Source: an uncultured Oscillospiraceae bacterium
Lineage (GTDB): Bacteria > Bacillota > Clostridia > Oscillospirales > Oscillospiraceae
Direction: 5' to 3'
Assembly (NCBI GenBank): GCA_948766235.1
Contig: CAQCFX010000004.1
Span: 1,842 to 64,610, forward strand
Length of the DNA stretch: 62,769 bases
Made by a program: the position numbers and the translations under genes. Below are positions 33,380 through 43,294 of this stretch, piece by piece; position 1 is the stretch's first letter, and every line of letters begins with the position of its first letter. Below the pieces are notes generated by a model that saw only the letters and a list, made by a program, of their open reading frames with translations, was not told where the DNA came from and did no database searches.

Positions 33380-36300
33380 ATGTATCATTGCCAACTTCAA
33401 TTTTACCTGGTAGGACAGGAACCCGGTATATTGGACCAGCTTCAGGAAATACCGCCGCTGGAGCATTTTTCCCACACATTTTCCCGCAGCGCCGCGCCGG
33501 ACGCCGGCCTGTGCGCCCGGGCCGATGTGATTTGGGCCGACCTGAGCGGAATGCAGGACGGCGCCGCCGCCGCGCTGGAGGCGCTGCTGGGCGCCAAGCG
33601 CCCCCAGGCCCAGCTGATCGCTATCGCCCGCCAGGAACAGCTGCCCCTGCTCACCCAGTACCTGCCCCAGCTCCGGGACGTGTGGACCGCTCCCATCTCC
33701 CAGGAGGAGGTCCGCTTCCGCTTTCTGCGCTGGCAGCAGGACTGCAAGCAGGAGAAGGACCTGTGGGAGACCACCCAGTTTTTAGAGGCCGCCATCAACA
33801 GCGTGCCCAACCTGGTTTGGTATAAGGATAAGGACGGCGTCCACGAAAAGGTAAACGACAGCTTCTGCCAAACCGTCAAAAAGTCCAAGCAGCAGGTGCA
33901 GGGCCGCCGCCACGCCTACATCTGGGACGTGGAGCAGGACGACCCCGCCTGCATCGAGTCGGAGCGGGTGGTCATGGCCAAGCGGGAGACCTGTGTGTCG
34001 GAGGAGACCATCCAGACCGGAGAGGGGGAGCGGCTGCTCACCACCTATAAGTCCCCCCTGTACGATGTGGACGGCTCGGTGATGGGCACTGTGGGCGTGG
34101 CCATCGACGTGACCCAGGAGCGCGCCTATCAGCAGGAGATTATCCAAAAGAGCCATATCCTGGAGACCCTGTTCACCACCATGGACTGCGGCGTCATGTG
34201 CCATTCTCTGGACGGGCAGCGCATCCTCAGCATCAACCAGGCGGCGCTGAAGCTGCTGGGCTACTCCTCCCGGAGCGAGCTGCTGGCAAACGGGTTCGAC
34301 ATGGTGGCCTCCTCCGTGGCGGATGAGGACCGGCAAACGCTGTGCGAGCGCATCATGTCCCTGAACACCCCGGGGGACAGCGTCAGCGTGGAATACCGCG
34401 TGCGCCACGCGGACGGCAGCCTGCTGCACATTATGGGCAACGTCAAGCTCATTGAGGAGGACGGCGAGCTGTTCTACCAGCGCTTCCTGCTGGACTGCAC
34501 CGCCCAAAAACTGCGCGAGCAGCAGGAGCGCCTGGAAAGCCAGCAGCGGCAGGAGGAGCTGATTCACGCGCTGAGCATCGACTACAGCCTGGTGTGCTAT
34601 TTCGATTTGGACTCCGGCGAGGGCAGCCTGCTGCGCACCCCAGACAGCGACGCCAGCCCCTTTGCCCTGTTTTCCGACAGCGCCTCCCTCCAGGACAGCA
34701 TCAGCGCCTATATCGACCGCTTCGTCTACCCCGAGGACCAGCAGGCCCTTCGGGACGCCTGCTCCCACCAGCGCTTGCGGGAGGAGCTGTCTAACAGCAG
34801 CACCTACTATATCAATTACCGCGCCGTGGACGCAGATCAGATTGTCTATTATCAAATCAAGGCCGTGCGGGCCGGCACGTGGGACAGCCGCCGCGGCATT
34901 GTGATCGGCTTCTGCAATGTGGACGACGAGACCCGGCGCGAGCTGGAAAAGAAGACCCTGCTGGAGGACGCCCTGTCCCAGGCCAACCGGGCCAGCAAGG
35001 CCAAGAGCACCTTCCTGTCCAATATGTCCCACGACATCCGCACTCCCATGAACGCCATCGTGGGCTTCACCACCCTGGCCCTCACCCATGTGGACCGCAC
35101 GGACCAGGTGGAGGAATATCTGAAAAAGATTCTCACCTCCGGCAACCACCTGGTCAGCCTCATCAACGACGTGCTGGACATGAGCCGCATCGAGAGCGGC
35201 AAAATGCGTCTGGACGAGACGCTGTGCAGCCTTCCCGACATCCTTCACGGCCTGCGCAGCATTGTTCAGGCCGACATACGCGCCAAGCAGCTGGATTTGT
35301 ACATCGACGCGGTGGACGTCATCGACGAGGACATCTACTGCGACAAGCTGCGGCTCAATCAGGTGCTGCTCAATCTGCTGAGCAATTCCATCAAGTACAC
35401 CACCGCGGGCGGCATCGTCAGCGTACGCATCAGCGAGCGGCCCGGCGCCCCCAGCGGATACGCCAACTACGAGTTCTGCATCAAGGACACCGGCATCGGC
35501 ATGAGCCCCGAGTTCGTGGCCCATATTTTCGAGCCCTTCGAGCGGGAGCGCAACTCCACCATCAGCGACATCCAGGGCACCGGCCTGGGCATGGCCATCA
35601 CGAAAAACATCGTGGACATGATGAACGGCTCCATCATGGTCAAAAGCGAGCAGGGCATGGGCACGGAGTTTACCGTCTCCCTCACCTTCCGCCTCAGCTC
35701 CGCCCCCAAGGAGCCGGTGTCCATCCCGGCGCTGAAAAACTGCCGCGCCCTGGTGGTGGACGACGATTTCAACACCTGCGATAGCGTCACCTATATGCTT
35801 CAGCAGATTGGGCTGCGGGCGGAGTGGACCATGTCCGGGCGGGAGGCCGTGCTGCGCACTCAGCAGGCCATTTCCCGGGGAGACAGCTACCACATCTACG
35901 TCATCGACTGGCTCATGCCCGACATGAACGGCGTGGAGGTGGCCCGCCGCATCCGCAAGGCGGTAGGCGACGACGTCCCCATCATCATTCTCACCGCCTA
36001 CGACTGGTCCGACATTGAGGACGAGGCAAAGCAGGCCGGCGTCACCGCTTTCTGCGGCAAGCCGCTGTTCCTGTCCGAGCTGAGAAGCTGCCTGCGCGAC
36101 GTGGCCGCCGCCCAGGAGGCCCAGGGAAGCCCCGACGGCGGCCAGGAGGAATCCGCCGCTCCCCCTCCGGCGAAAACCCGTTCGGGCCGGATTCTGCTGG
36201 CGGAGGACAACGAGCTCAACCAGGAGATTGCCGCCGCCATTCTGGGCGAGGCCGGCTTTACCACCGAAATCGCCTCCAACGGACAGATTGCCGTGGATAT

Positions 36301-36559
36301 GCTCCAACGCTCTCAGCCGGGCTATTACAACCTGGTGCTCATGGACGTGCAGATGCCGGTGATGGACGGCTACGCCGCCACCCAGGCCATCCGCGCCCTG
36401 GACAACCAGGCGCTGGCCTCCATCCCCATTCTGGCCATGACCGCCAACGCCTTTGAGGAGGACCGGCAGACCGCCCTCAAGTCCGGCATGAACGGCCACA
36501 TCGCCAAGCCCATTAACATTGACACCCTGTTCAAAACCCTGGACAGCATTCTGAAGTAA
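33380..36559 (+). CDS. Cytoplasmic hybrid sensor histidine kinase (PAS x2-3, HisKA, HATPase, two receiver domains)
   Basis: FLSNMSHDIRTPMN H-box, NLLSNSIKY, DTGIGM, GTGLGM; REC1 IDWLMP, REC2 MDVQMP; no TM segments. Confidence 0.93.
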   Translation: MYHCQLQFYLVGQEPGILDQLQEIPPLEHFSHTFSRSAAPDAGLCARADVIWADLSGMQDGAAAALEALLGAKRPQAQLIAIARQEQLPLLTQYLPQLRDVWTAPISQEEVRFRFLRWQQDCKQEKDLWETTQFLEAAINSVPNLVWYKDKDGVHEKVNDSFCQTVKKSKQQVQGRRHAYIWDVEQDDPACIESERVVMAKRETCVSEETIQTGEGERLLTTYKSPLYDVDGSVMGTVGVAIDVTQERAYQQEIIQKSHILETLFTTMDCGVMCHSLDGQRILSINQAALKLLGYSSRSELLANGFDMVASSVADEDRQTLCERIMSLNTPGDSVSVEYRVRHADGSLLHIMGNVKLIEEDGELFYQRFLLDCTAQKLREQQERLESQQRQEELIHALSIDYSLVCYFDLDSGEGSLLRTPDSDASPFALFSDSASLQDSISAYIDRFVYPEDQQALRDACSHQRLREELSNSSTYYINYRAVDADQIVYYQIKAVRAGTWDSRRGIVIGFCNVDDETRRELEKKTLLEDALSQANRASKAKSTFLSNMSHDIRTPMNAIVGFTTLALTHVDRTDQVEEYLKKILTSGNHLVSLINDVLDMSRIESGKMRLDETLCSLPDILHGLRSIVQADIRAKQLDLYIDAVDVIDEDIYCDKLRLNQVLLNLLSNSIKYTTAGGIVSVRISERPGAPSGYANYEFCIKDTGIGMSPEFVAHIFEPFERERNSTISDIQGTGLGMAITKNIVDMMNGSIMVKSEQGMGTEFTVSLTFRLSSAPKEPVSIPALKNCRALVVDDDFNTCDSVTYMLQQIGLRAEWTMSGREAVLRTQQAISRGDSYHIYVIDWLMPDMNGVEVARRIRKAVGDDVPIIILTAYDWSDIEDEAKQAGVTAFCGKPLFLSELRSCLRDVAAAQEAQGSPDGGQEESAAPPPAKTRSGRILLAEDNELNQEIAAAILGEAGFTTEIASNGQIAVDMLQRSQPGYYNLVLMDVQMPVMDGYAATQAIRALDNQALASIPILAMTANAFEEDRQTALKSGMNGHIAKPINIDTLFKTLDSILK

Positions 36560-36598
36560 AAAACTGTCCCCGGCGGTATAACCGCCGGGGACAGTTTT
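36558..36598. terminator. Bidirectional intrinsic terminator (kinase / rlmD)
   Basis: AAAACTGTCCCCGGCGGT-ata-ACCGCCGGGGACAGTTTT. Confidence 0.88.
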
Positions 36599-37940
36599 AT
36601 TGTGCCTTGACCAGCAGCAGGACGGTCTCCACATGGGCCGTCCTGGGAAATAAGTCCACCGCCTCCGCCTGCGCGGGCCGGTAGCCCAGGGCCGTCAAGC
36701 GCTTCACATCCCGGGCCAGGGTGGCCGGGTCGCAGGAGACGTACACCACCCGGTCCGGCCCCATCTGGGCGATGGTGTCCACCACGGTAGGGTCCAGGCC
36801 CTTCCGGGGCGGGTCCACCACCACCACATCGGGCCGAGTCCCCTCCCGCTTTAGTTGGGCGGCCAGGTCCGCCGCGTCGCCGCACTCAAACCGGGTCTTG
36901 CCCTCCAGTCCGGCCCGGCGGGCATTCTCCTGGGCGTCGGCCACCGCCTGGGGAACAATCTCCACCCCAATCACCCGCCCGGCCCGCTGGGCCAGCGTCA
37001 AGCTGATGGCGCCGATGCCGCAGTACAGCTCCACCACCGTCTCCTCCCCGGTGAGGGCGGCAAACTCCAGGGCGCGGCGGTAGAGCACCTGGGTCTGGGC
37101 CCGGTTCACCTGAAAGAAGGAGGGCACCGACAGGCGGAACACATGGCCGCACAGCTCCTCCTCCAGCCAGTCCCGGCCCCATAGGGTGCGGTACTCGCTG
37201 CCCAAAATTACGTTGGTTTTCCCCGTGTTCACCGACAGGACCACCCCCGCCAGGGCGGGCGCGGCGCGGCGCAGCGCCTCCACCAGCTCCTCCTCGTGGG
37301 GAAGGCTTTTGCCGTTGGCCACCACGCAGCACAGTACCTCTCCGGCGCAGTTGGTGCGCAGAAACAGGTGCCGCACCAGCCCCCTGCCCGTCCGCTCCTG
37401 GTAGGCGGGGACATGAAAGCGCTCCATCCAGCCCCGGAAGGCGGCGCGGCAGGCCGTGTCCGCCTCCGGCTGAAGCAGGCAGTCCTCCACATCCACAACC
37501 CGGTGGCTGCGCGGCGCGTAGTAGCCCACGGCTCCCTGCGCCACGGGAAGCTGCACCTTGTTTCGATAGCGCCGGGTGTCCTCCGCTCCGTGAATCACCG
37601 GCACCGGTACCTCCGCCCCGCCGATGCGCCGCAGCGCGTCCTCCACCCGCTGCCGTTTGGCCCTCAGCTCCTCGGCGTAGCTCATATGCCGGAACTGGCA
37701 GCCGCCGCACCGCCCATAGTACGGGCAGTCCGGCTCCAGCCGCTCCGGGGAGAACTCCAGCATCCGCTCCACTCTCCCCCAGGCGGCGCTGTGGCCCACG
37801 TGCTCGATGAAGGTCTCCACCCGCTCGCCCCGCAGGGCGCCTTTGACGAACACCGCCACGCCCTCAATCCGGGCAATCCCCTCGCCGCCGCTGGCGTAGC
37901 CCTCAATCACCGCGGGGTAGACGCCGCCCTCCTTCAGCAT
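36597..37940 (-). CDS. rlmD: 23S rRNA (uracil-C5)-methyltransferase RlmD/RlmCD
   Basis: TRAM N-terminus, CPYYGRCGGC Fe-S motif, SFFQVN, LYCGIG, DPPRKG, YVSCDPATLARD, DLFPRTAHVE. Confidence 0.93.
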   Translation of the reverse strand: MLKEGGVYPAVIEGYASGGEGIARIEGVAVFVKGALRGERVETFIEHVGHSAAWGRVERMLEFSPERLEPDCPYYGRCGGCQFRHMSYAEELRAKRQRVEDALRRIGGAEVPVPVIHGAEDTRRYRNKVQLPVAQGAVGYYAPRSHRVVDVEDCLLQPEADTACRAAFRGWMERFHVPAYQERTGRGLVRHLFLRTNCAGEVLCCVVANGKSLPHEEELVEALRRAAPALAGVVLSVNTGKTNVILGSEYRTLWGRDWLEEELCGHVFRLSVPSFFQVNRAQTQVLYRRALEFAALTGEETVVELYCGIGAISLTLAQRAGRVIGVEIVPQAVADAQENARRAGLEGKTRFECGDAADLAAQLKREGTRPDVVVVDPPRKGLDPTVVDTIAQMGPDRVVYVSCDPATLARDVKRLTALGYRPAQAEAVDLFPRTAHVETVLLLVKAQ

Positions 37941-38521
37941 GACGTCCGCCCCTCTCCCTGGGCCTTGTGCAGCTTGTGGAGCTCCTTTTTCCGGCGGTTG
38001 GAAAAACGGTCCTCCTCGCTGTAGACACAGCCGCAGTATTTCTGTAGATAAAGCCCCAACGCCCTGGCCTCCTCCTGCCCCGCCTGAAACCGGGGGCGGA
38101 AATCGTAAGGCACGAACTCCACCCCGTACTTCTCCCCCATCCTCGCCCCGGTGGCGCAAATCAGCTCCCGGTTTTGGTAGGGGGACACCAGCAGGGTGGT
38201 GGTAAAGCGCTCAAAGCCGTGCTCCGCGGCGTACTGGGCCGTGCGCTCCATGCGGCAGGCATAGCAGTAGCCGCAGCGGTGGTCGCTGTCCCCGGCCACG
38301 GCGGCGGTGAAGGGCCGAAGGCCGTAAAAGTCCTCCTCCTCCAGCGCAAGGCCGATGTCCTTTGCGTACTGCCGCAGGGTGTCCCGCCGGGCCTTGTACT
38401 CCTGGAAGGGGTGGATATTGGGGTTATACCAAAAGCCCACGGGCTCCACCCCCTCCTCCCGCAGCATTTGGACACAGGCCACGGAGCAGGGCGCACAGCA
38501 GATGTGGAGCAGGGTGCCCAT
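37934..38521 (-). CDS. queH: Epoxyqueuosine reductase QueH (DUF208)
   Basis: LLHICCAPCS, YNPNIHP, RCGYCY, YLQKYCGC motifs. Confidence 0.93.
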   Translation of the reverse strand: MGTLLHICCAPCSVACVQMLREEGVEPVGFWYNPNIHPFQEYKARRDTLRQYAKDIGLALEEEDFYGLRPFTAAVAGDSDHRCGYCYACRMERTAQYAAEHGFERFTTTLLVSPYQNRELICATGARMGEKYGVEFVPYDFRPRFQAGQEEARALGLYLQKYCGCVYSEEDRFSNRRKKELHKLHKAQGEGRTSC

Positions 38522-38589
38522 AAAGCGCCCCTCCTTTCCCTTGTGGATGAAACGGCCAAGACCGCACAGCGGTCCCGGCCGTTTTGTGT

Positions 38590-40470
38590 TTACATTAAGA
38601 AACCCAGACCGCGCAGCACCGCGTACATCCCCGCGGCCGCCTCCTCCCGCAGGGCGGGGGCGTTGGGGTTAATCTGGCTCAGGGGAGCGTACAGCATATC
38701 GCCCTCCACCTCCAGCGCCTCCTCCAGACCCCAGGCCAGCACAGCCAGGCTGCTCCAGGCCCAGTCCGAGAAGGCCGCCATATCCGGCTCCTGAGAGATG
38801 ATAATCTTGGCGTACTCGCTCTCGGCCAGCGCGCCGTAGCGCTTAATGCCCAGGTTCAGGTAGCAGGCCATGCGCCCCATGACGGTGAGAAATTCCTCCT
38901 GGGTGAGCACGCCGTCGGGGTCAAACAGGCCCTCGCCCTTCCCCTCCACCAGGCCCAGGGAGGCGATGGCGTTCACTCCCTCGGCGTACCATATTCCCTC
39001 GGGCACGTCGGAGAACTGGTTGTCCCCAAAATAGCTCACGTTGAGCACCCGGGCCAGCATCACACACAGCTGGGCGCGGGTGAGCTTGTCCTCCGGGGAA
39101 AACGCCCCGCCGCCGGTGCCGCTCAGCAGGCGGTAGGTCCCCATGGCGTTGATAGCCCTGGCATAGCCGCTGCCCTCCGCGTCGGAAAACCAGCGGCTGT
39201 CGTAGGCCAGCCCCAGCTTCTCCGCCACGTCGGGCGCCGGCAGCTCCTCAAACACGTGGCCGTTGTTGTAATAGACGTTGGCCTGGGGGGGCAGGGCCGC
39301 AAACAGGGCGGCCAGCGTGGCCTCGTCCGTCTCCGGGGCCACATAGAAAGCGCTCCCCCCCAGCACAATCCCCACCTGGGCGTCCTGCTCCTCCCCGCAC
39401 AGGGCCAGGGCCACCGCGCTGGTGTAGGCGTCGTCCACCAGCAGCGTGGGGATAACGCCCACCTTGTCGGTGGTGTTGGCCTGGCTGGAGTAGAAGCGGG
39501 CGAAGGTGACCTTCAGCCCGTCCCCGTCAAAGATCCCCGGGAACTGCCCCTCGTCCAGAATGGTCTGGGCCACGCCCTTGCCGTAGCTGCGGCTGCCGAT
39601 GACAATCCCCCGGTCCGTATCCCGCACGCCGGCGGACAGCAGCTCCGAGGAGCTGGCGCTGCTCCCATCCATCAGCACCATCACCGGCTTGCGGGTGGCG
39701 GCCTGGGCATGGCCGTCCTCCGCGCTCATGACCCCCATACCGTCCAAGTAGAGATACCGGCCCGGTCCGTTCAGGGCGTTGAGCATCTCCACGGCGGACT
39801 CGGTATAGCCCCCCGGGTTGCCCCGCAGGTCGATAACCCAGCGCTCCACCTGGCTGTCGTACTCCTTCAGCCCCGCCGCAAAGGCCGCCCCCGTCTCCTC
39901 GCCGAAGCTGGTGCAGCTGATATACCCCGTGCCGTCCTCCAGCACCTGGAACTGGGTGGTGGGCATGACCAGGGGCCGGCGGATGATGGTGTACGGCGCG
40001 CTCACCCCGTCCCGCAGCACCACCACGTTTACCTGGCTGCCCTCCTCGCCCAGCAGCAGCTCCTGGTGGCTTTGCTCGGCGGGGACGCAGGAGGTCCCGT
40101 TGATTTCCACAATCAAATCCCCCGCCCGCAGCTGCGCGTTCTGCGCCCCGCTGCCGGAGAATACCTCTTTTATCAAAATACCCTGCTCGGTGTACTCAAT
40201 GGACACGCCGATGCCCGCCGCGCTGACTTCCCCCTCCAGACGGCCCAAAAACGACTGGTAGTACTCCTGACTCATATACTCCGTATAGGGGTCCAGCGCA
40301 CCTAAAAGCTCCTCCAGGCTGTCCGCCTCATAGGCCTTTTCCGGCAGCTCCTCGTAATAATAAATTTCCAGCAGATCTATGGCCTGCTCCACCGTCAGCG
40401 CACTGGCTGGGGCGATAAGCAGAACCAGGGCCAGCAGCGCCGAGAGCAGACGGGCTAAGTACTTCTTCAT
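38590..40470 (-). CDS. S41 family C-terminal processing peptidase with PDZ and SLH domains
   Basis: Signal peptide, LDPYTEY, GIGV PDZ entry, DLRGNPGG, SASSSE, SYGKG; C-terminal SLH-like FSD...TRAQ repeats. Confidence 0.9.
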   Translation of the reverse strand: MKKYLARLLSALLALVLLIAPASALTVEQAIDLLEIYYYEELPEKAYEADSLEELLGALDPYTEYMSQEYYQSFLGRLEGEVSAAGIGVSIEYTEQGILIKEVFSGSGAQNAQLRAGDLIVEINGTSCVPAEQSHQELLLGEEGSQVNVVVLRDGVSAPYTIIRRPLVMPTTQFQVLEDGTGYISCTSFGEETGAAFAAGLKEYDSQVERWVIDLRGNPGGYTESAVEMLNALNGPGRYLYLDGMGVMSAEDGHAQAATRKPVMVLMDGSSASSSELLSAGVRDTDRGIVIGSRSYGKGVAQTILDEGQFPGIFDGDGLKVTFARFYSSQANTTDKVGVIPTLLVDDAYTSAVALALCGEEQDAQVGIVLGGSAFYVAPETDEATLAALFAALPPQANVYYNNGHVFEELPAPDVAEKLGLAYDSRWFSDAEGSGYARAINAMGTYRLLSGTGGGAFSPEDKLTRAQLCVMLARVLNVSYFGDNQFSDVPEGIWYAEGVNAIASLGLVEGKGEGLFDPDGVLTQEEFLTVMGRMACYLNLGIKRYGALAESEYAKIIISQEPDMAAFSDWAWSSLAVLAWGLEEALEVEGDMLYAPLSQINPNAPALREEAAAGMYAVLRGLGFLM

Positions 40471-40507
40471 GACAGTTCTCCTTTACGCATCCAGCAGGTT
40501 TTGTAAA

Positions 40508-40536
40508 TTGACAAACGCACAGCCTTCGATTAAACT
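40508..40536 (+). promoter_or_regulatory. Candidate sigmaA promoter of the hydrolase gene
   Basis: TTGACA-17nt-TAAACT. Confidence 0.6.
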
Positions 40537-40575
40537 AAGTATACCACACAAATATGACAATGGGGTGAATTTTTT

Positions 40576-41514
40576 ATGGTAAACTTTACTGAATTTTCCT
40601 TCCCCTCCCGGGACGGGGCGCACAAATGCAATGTCAGCCTGTGGACGCCCGAGGGCCAGCCCCGGGCGGTGGTGCAGATTGTCCACGGCGTGGCGGAGTA
40701 CGCCGGGCGGTACGACCACTTCGCCCGCTATCTGGCGGACCACGGCTTCGTGGTGTGCGGCGAGGACCACCTGGGCCACGGCAAGACGGTGGACGACGGC
40801 AAATACGGCTACTTTGGGAAGAAGGACGGCTGGACCCTGGTGACGGCGGACGTGCGGCAGCTGCGGGTCCTCATGGGGGAGAAGTTCCCCGGCATCCCCT
40901 ACTTCCTGCTGGGCCACTCCATGGGCTCCTTCCTGGCCCGGACCTATCTGTGCAAATACCCCGGCACGGTGGACGGCTGCATCCTGTCCGGCACCGGCCA
41001 GGAGAAGCCCGCCCTGGTGGCCGCCGGCAAGGCGGTGGCCAGCGCCGTGTGCGCCCTCAAGGGGCCGGAGGCGGTGAGCAAGCTGGTGGACCAGCTCTCC
41101 CTGGGGGCCTATAACAAGCAGTTCAAGCCCAACCGCACCACGGCGGACTGGATTTGCCGGGACGAGGCGGTGGTGGACGCCTATCTCAAGGACCCCTTCT
41201 GCACCTTCAAGCCCACCGCCGGGATGTTCCGGGACATGATGGGCGGCTTGCAGTATATTTCCAGCGAGGAGGGCCTGTCCAACATGGACCCACGCACCCC
41301 CGTCTACCTGTTCTCCGGCGACCAGGACCCGGTGGGCTCCAACGGCGAGGGTGTGAAGACGGTGTACGGCTTCTTCAAAGACCACGGCACCCGCGACTTG
41401 TCCATCAAGCTCTACCCCGGCGGGCGGCACGAGATGCTCAACGAGATCAACAAGGGCGAGGTATACGCCGACGTGCTGGCCTGGCTGGAAAAGAGAAGCG
41501 CAGAGCCGTCGTGA
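40576..41514 (+). CDS. Alpha/beta hydrolase (lysophospholipase/PldB-like)
   Basis: VQIVHGVAEY, DHLGHG, GHSMG nucleophile elbow, GDQDPV, RHEMLNE. Confidence 0.9.
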   Translation: MVNFTEFSFPSRDGAHKCNVSLWTPEGQPRAVVQIVHGVAEYAGRYDHFARYLADHGFVVCGEDHLGHGKTVDDGKYGYFGKKDGWTLVTADVRQLRVLMGEKFPGIPYFLLGHSMGSFLARTYLCKYPGTVDGCILSGTGQEKPALVAAGKAVASAVCALKGPEAVSKLVDQLSLGAYNKQFKPNRTTADWICRDEAVVDAYLKDPFCTFKPTAGMFRDMMGGLQYISSEEGLSNMDPRTPVYLFSGDQDPVGSNGEGVKTVYGFFKDHGTRDLSIKLYPGGRHEMLNEINKGEVYADVLAWLEKRSAEPS

Positions 41515-41645
41515 GCAGCGCGGATGGACCGAAGCGAGGACAAAAGCCCAAGGAGGGCCAAAGGCCCGAGTGGGTTTTGTCCGAGTCGTAGGGAAGCCGC
41601 GCGTCGCGAACAGGCGAAGCGTGACAACAGGGTCCGAAACGCAGG
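41505..41645. repeat. Nested palindromic element (REP/MITE-like or structured RNA)
   Basis: Nested arms TCGTGA/TCGCGA, GCGCGG/CCGCGC, GGACAAAAGCCCA/TGGGTTTTGTCC, GGGCC-aaa-GGCCC; GCGAAGC mini-hairpin. Confidence 0.55.
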
Positions 41646-41671
41646 GGTGCACATTATGCGCCCATGTATCC

Positions 41672-42559
41672 TTATGCTTTGGCCCCGCGCCGCAGGAATT
41701 TGAACTGGGTCTCGGAGCACACCATGGCGGTGAATATCACGCAGAAGCCCAGGTACATCAGCGGCGTGGGCCGCTCCGCCCCAAAAAGCACCGAAAACAT
41801 CACCCCGAAGGGGGCCTCCAGGGAGAGCAGCAGGGCGGCGGAGGCGGGCTCGGTGTACTTCTGTCCCACGTTCTGGAACAGCAGGGCCACGGCGGTAGAG
41901 CCGATGGCCAGGTACAGCAGCACCCACCAGGCGTAGGAGGGCAGGCCGCCTGTGGGCACGCCCCGGGTGAAGGCTGTCCCCACCCAGCACATGAGGGCCA
42001 CCATGGCGAACTGGAGGATGGTGAGCAAAAAAATGTCCCGCCCTCCGGAGAACTTGGCCACCGCGATGATGTGGCAGGCCAGGAAAAATCCGGCGATGAG
42101 GGTGAGCACATCCCCCAAAGCCAGGGACAGCCCCCCGTCCCAGGACACCAGGCCGATGCCCGTCACGGACAAACAGGCGGCCAGCACGTTCCAGCGGGTG
42201 GGGCGCTTGCGGTCCACCGCCCAATAGAGGAAGGGGACAATCACGCAGTACACCGCGGTGAAAAAGGCGTTTTTCCCAGGCGTGGTGCCCATCAGGCCAA
42301 AGAGCTGGATGATGTACGCCGCGCCCAGCAGCAGCCCCAGCACCGCGCCCTGCCAGAGATAGCTCAGGTCCATATCCTTCCACCGCCGCCAGAACACCAC
42401 GGCCAGCACCGCCGCCGCCAGGGTAAAGCGGAAGGCCAGCATGAACATGGGGTCCACATCGTCCACGGCGTCCTTAATCATGAAAAAGGTGGAGCCCCAG
42501 ATGAGCGTGGCGCACACAATCATGGGCTTGGCCAGCTTTTTCATCACGGCTTCGTTCAT
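41672..42559 (-). CDS. DMT/EamA family transporter
   Basis: IWGSTF, AFRFTLA, GDVLTL, ALLLSLEAPFG; about 10 TM. Confidence 0.9.
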   Translation of the reverse strand: MNEAVMKKLAKPMIVCATLIWGSTFFMIKDAVDDVDPMFMLAFRFTLAAAVLAVVFWRRWKDMDLSYLWQGAVLGLLLGAAYIIQLFGLMGTTPGKNAFFTAVYCVIVPFLYWAVDRKRPTRWNVLAACLSVTGIGLVSWDGGLSLALGDVLTLIAGFFLACHIIAVAKFSGGRDIFLLTILQFAMVALMCWVGTAFTRGVPTGGLPSYAWWVLLYLAIGSTAVALLFQNVGQKYTEPASAALLLSLEAPFGVMFSVLFGAERPTPLMYLGFCVIFTAMVCSETQFKFLRRGAKA

Positions 42560-42615
42560 AGCAATTCAACTCCAAGTAAATAATAGGAAATAGATTACGG
42601 AAAGGGGGCGGCTCT

Positions 42616-43227
42616 ATGCTGCCGCAGGCGTTTTTTGCCGGGGACACGGTGGAGGCCGCCCGCGCCCTGGTGGGCAAATATCTGGTGCGGCGGTACGGCG
42701 CGGTCACCCTGGCCGCCCGCATCACCGAGACGGAGGCCTACGTGGGCCGGATGGACAAGGCCTGCCACGCTTACGGCTACCGCAAAACCCAGCGCACCCA
42801 GACCCTTTACGCCCCGCCGGGGACGGCCTACGTCTATCTCATCTATGGGATGCACTGCTGCCTCAACTTTGTCACCGAGCCGGAGGGCGAGCCGGCGGCG
42901 GTGCTCATCCGCGGCCTTGTCCCCAGGCATAACCTGGATATTATAGCAGAAAACCGCTTTCATTGCAAGGGCGCGGACATGAGCGCCTATCAAAAAAAGA
43001 ACTTTCTCAACGGCCCCGGCAAGGTGTGCGCCGGAATGAACATCGACCGCTCCCTCAACGCCCTGCCCTACGGCTCGCGGTCGCTGTTTGTGTGCGCCAA
43101 TCTGGAGGACGCCGGCCTACCCCCCTGCCCCCAGGACGAGGGACCGCTGCTCATCCACACGGGCAAGCGCATCGGCATCGACTACGCCCAGGAGGCCGTG
43201 GACTTCCCCTGGCGGTTCTACCTGTAA
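42616..43227 (+). CDS. DNA-3-methyladenine glycosylase (Mpg/AAG family)
   Basis: ITETEAY, AYVYLIYGMHCCLN, AVLIRG, NGPGK, RIGI, PWRF. Confidence 0.93.
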   Translation: MLPQAFFAGDTVEAARALVGKYLVRRYGAVTLAARITETEAYVGRMDKACHAYGYRKTQRTQTLYAPPGTAYVYLIYGMHCCLNFVTEPEGEPAAVLIRGLVPRHNLDIIAENRFHCKGADMSAYQKKNFLNGPGKVCAGMNIDRSLNALPYGSRSLFVCANLEDAGLPPCPQDEGPLLIHTGKRIGIDYAQEAVDFPWRFYL

Positions 43228-43235
43228 GCAATACA

Positions 43236-43270
43236 AGAGCCCCTCCCGGTTGGGAGGGGCTCTGTGTTTT
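43236..43270. terminator. Intrinsic terminator between convergent mpg-like and spoIIP genes
   Basis: AGAGCCCCTCCC-ggtt-GGGAGGGGCTCT followed by GTGTTTT. Confidence 0.8.
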
Positions 43271-43278
43271 AAAACGTA

Positions 43279-43294
43279 TGTTTCACGTGAAACG
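43279..43294. other. parS site
   Basis: TGTTTCACGTGAAACG, 15/16 match to consensus, intergenic. Confidence 0.88.
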
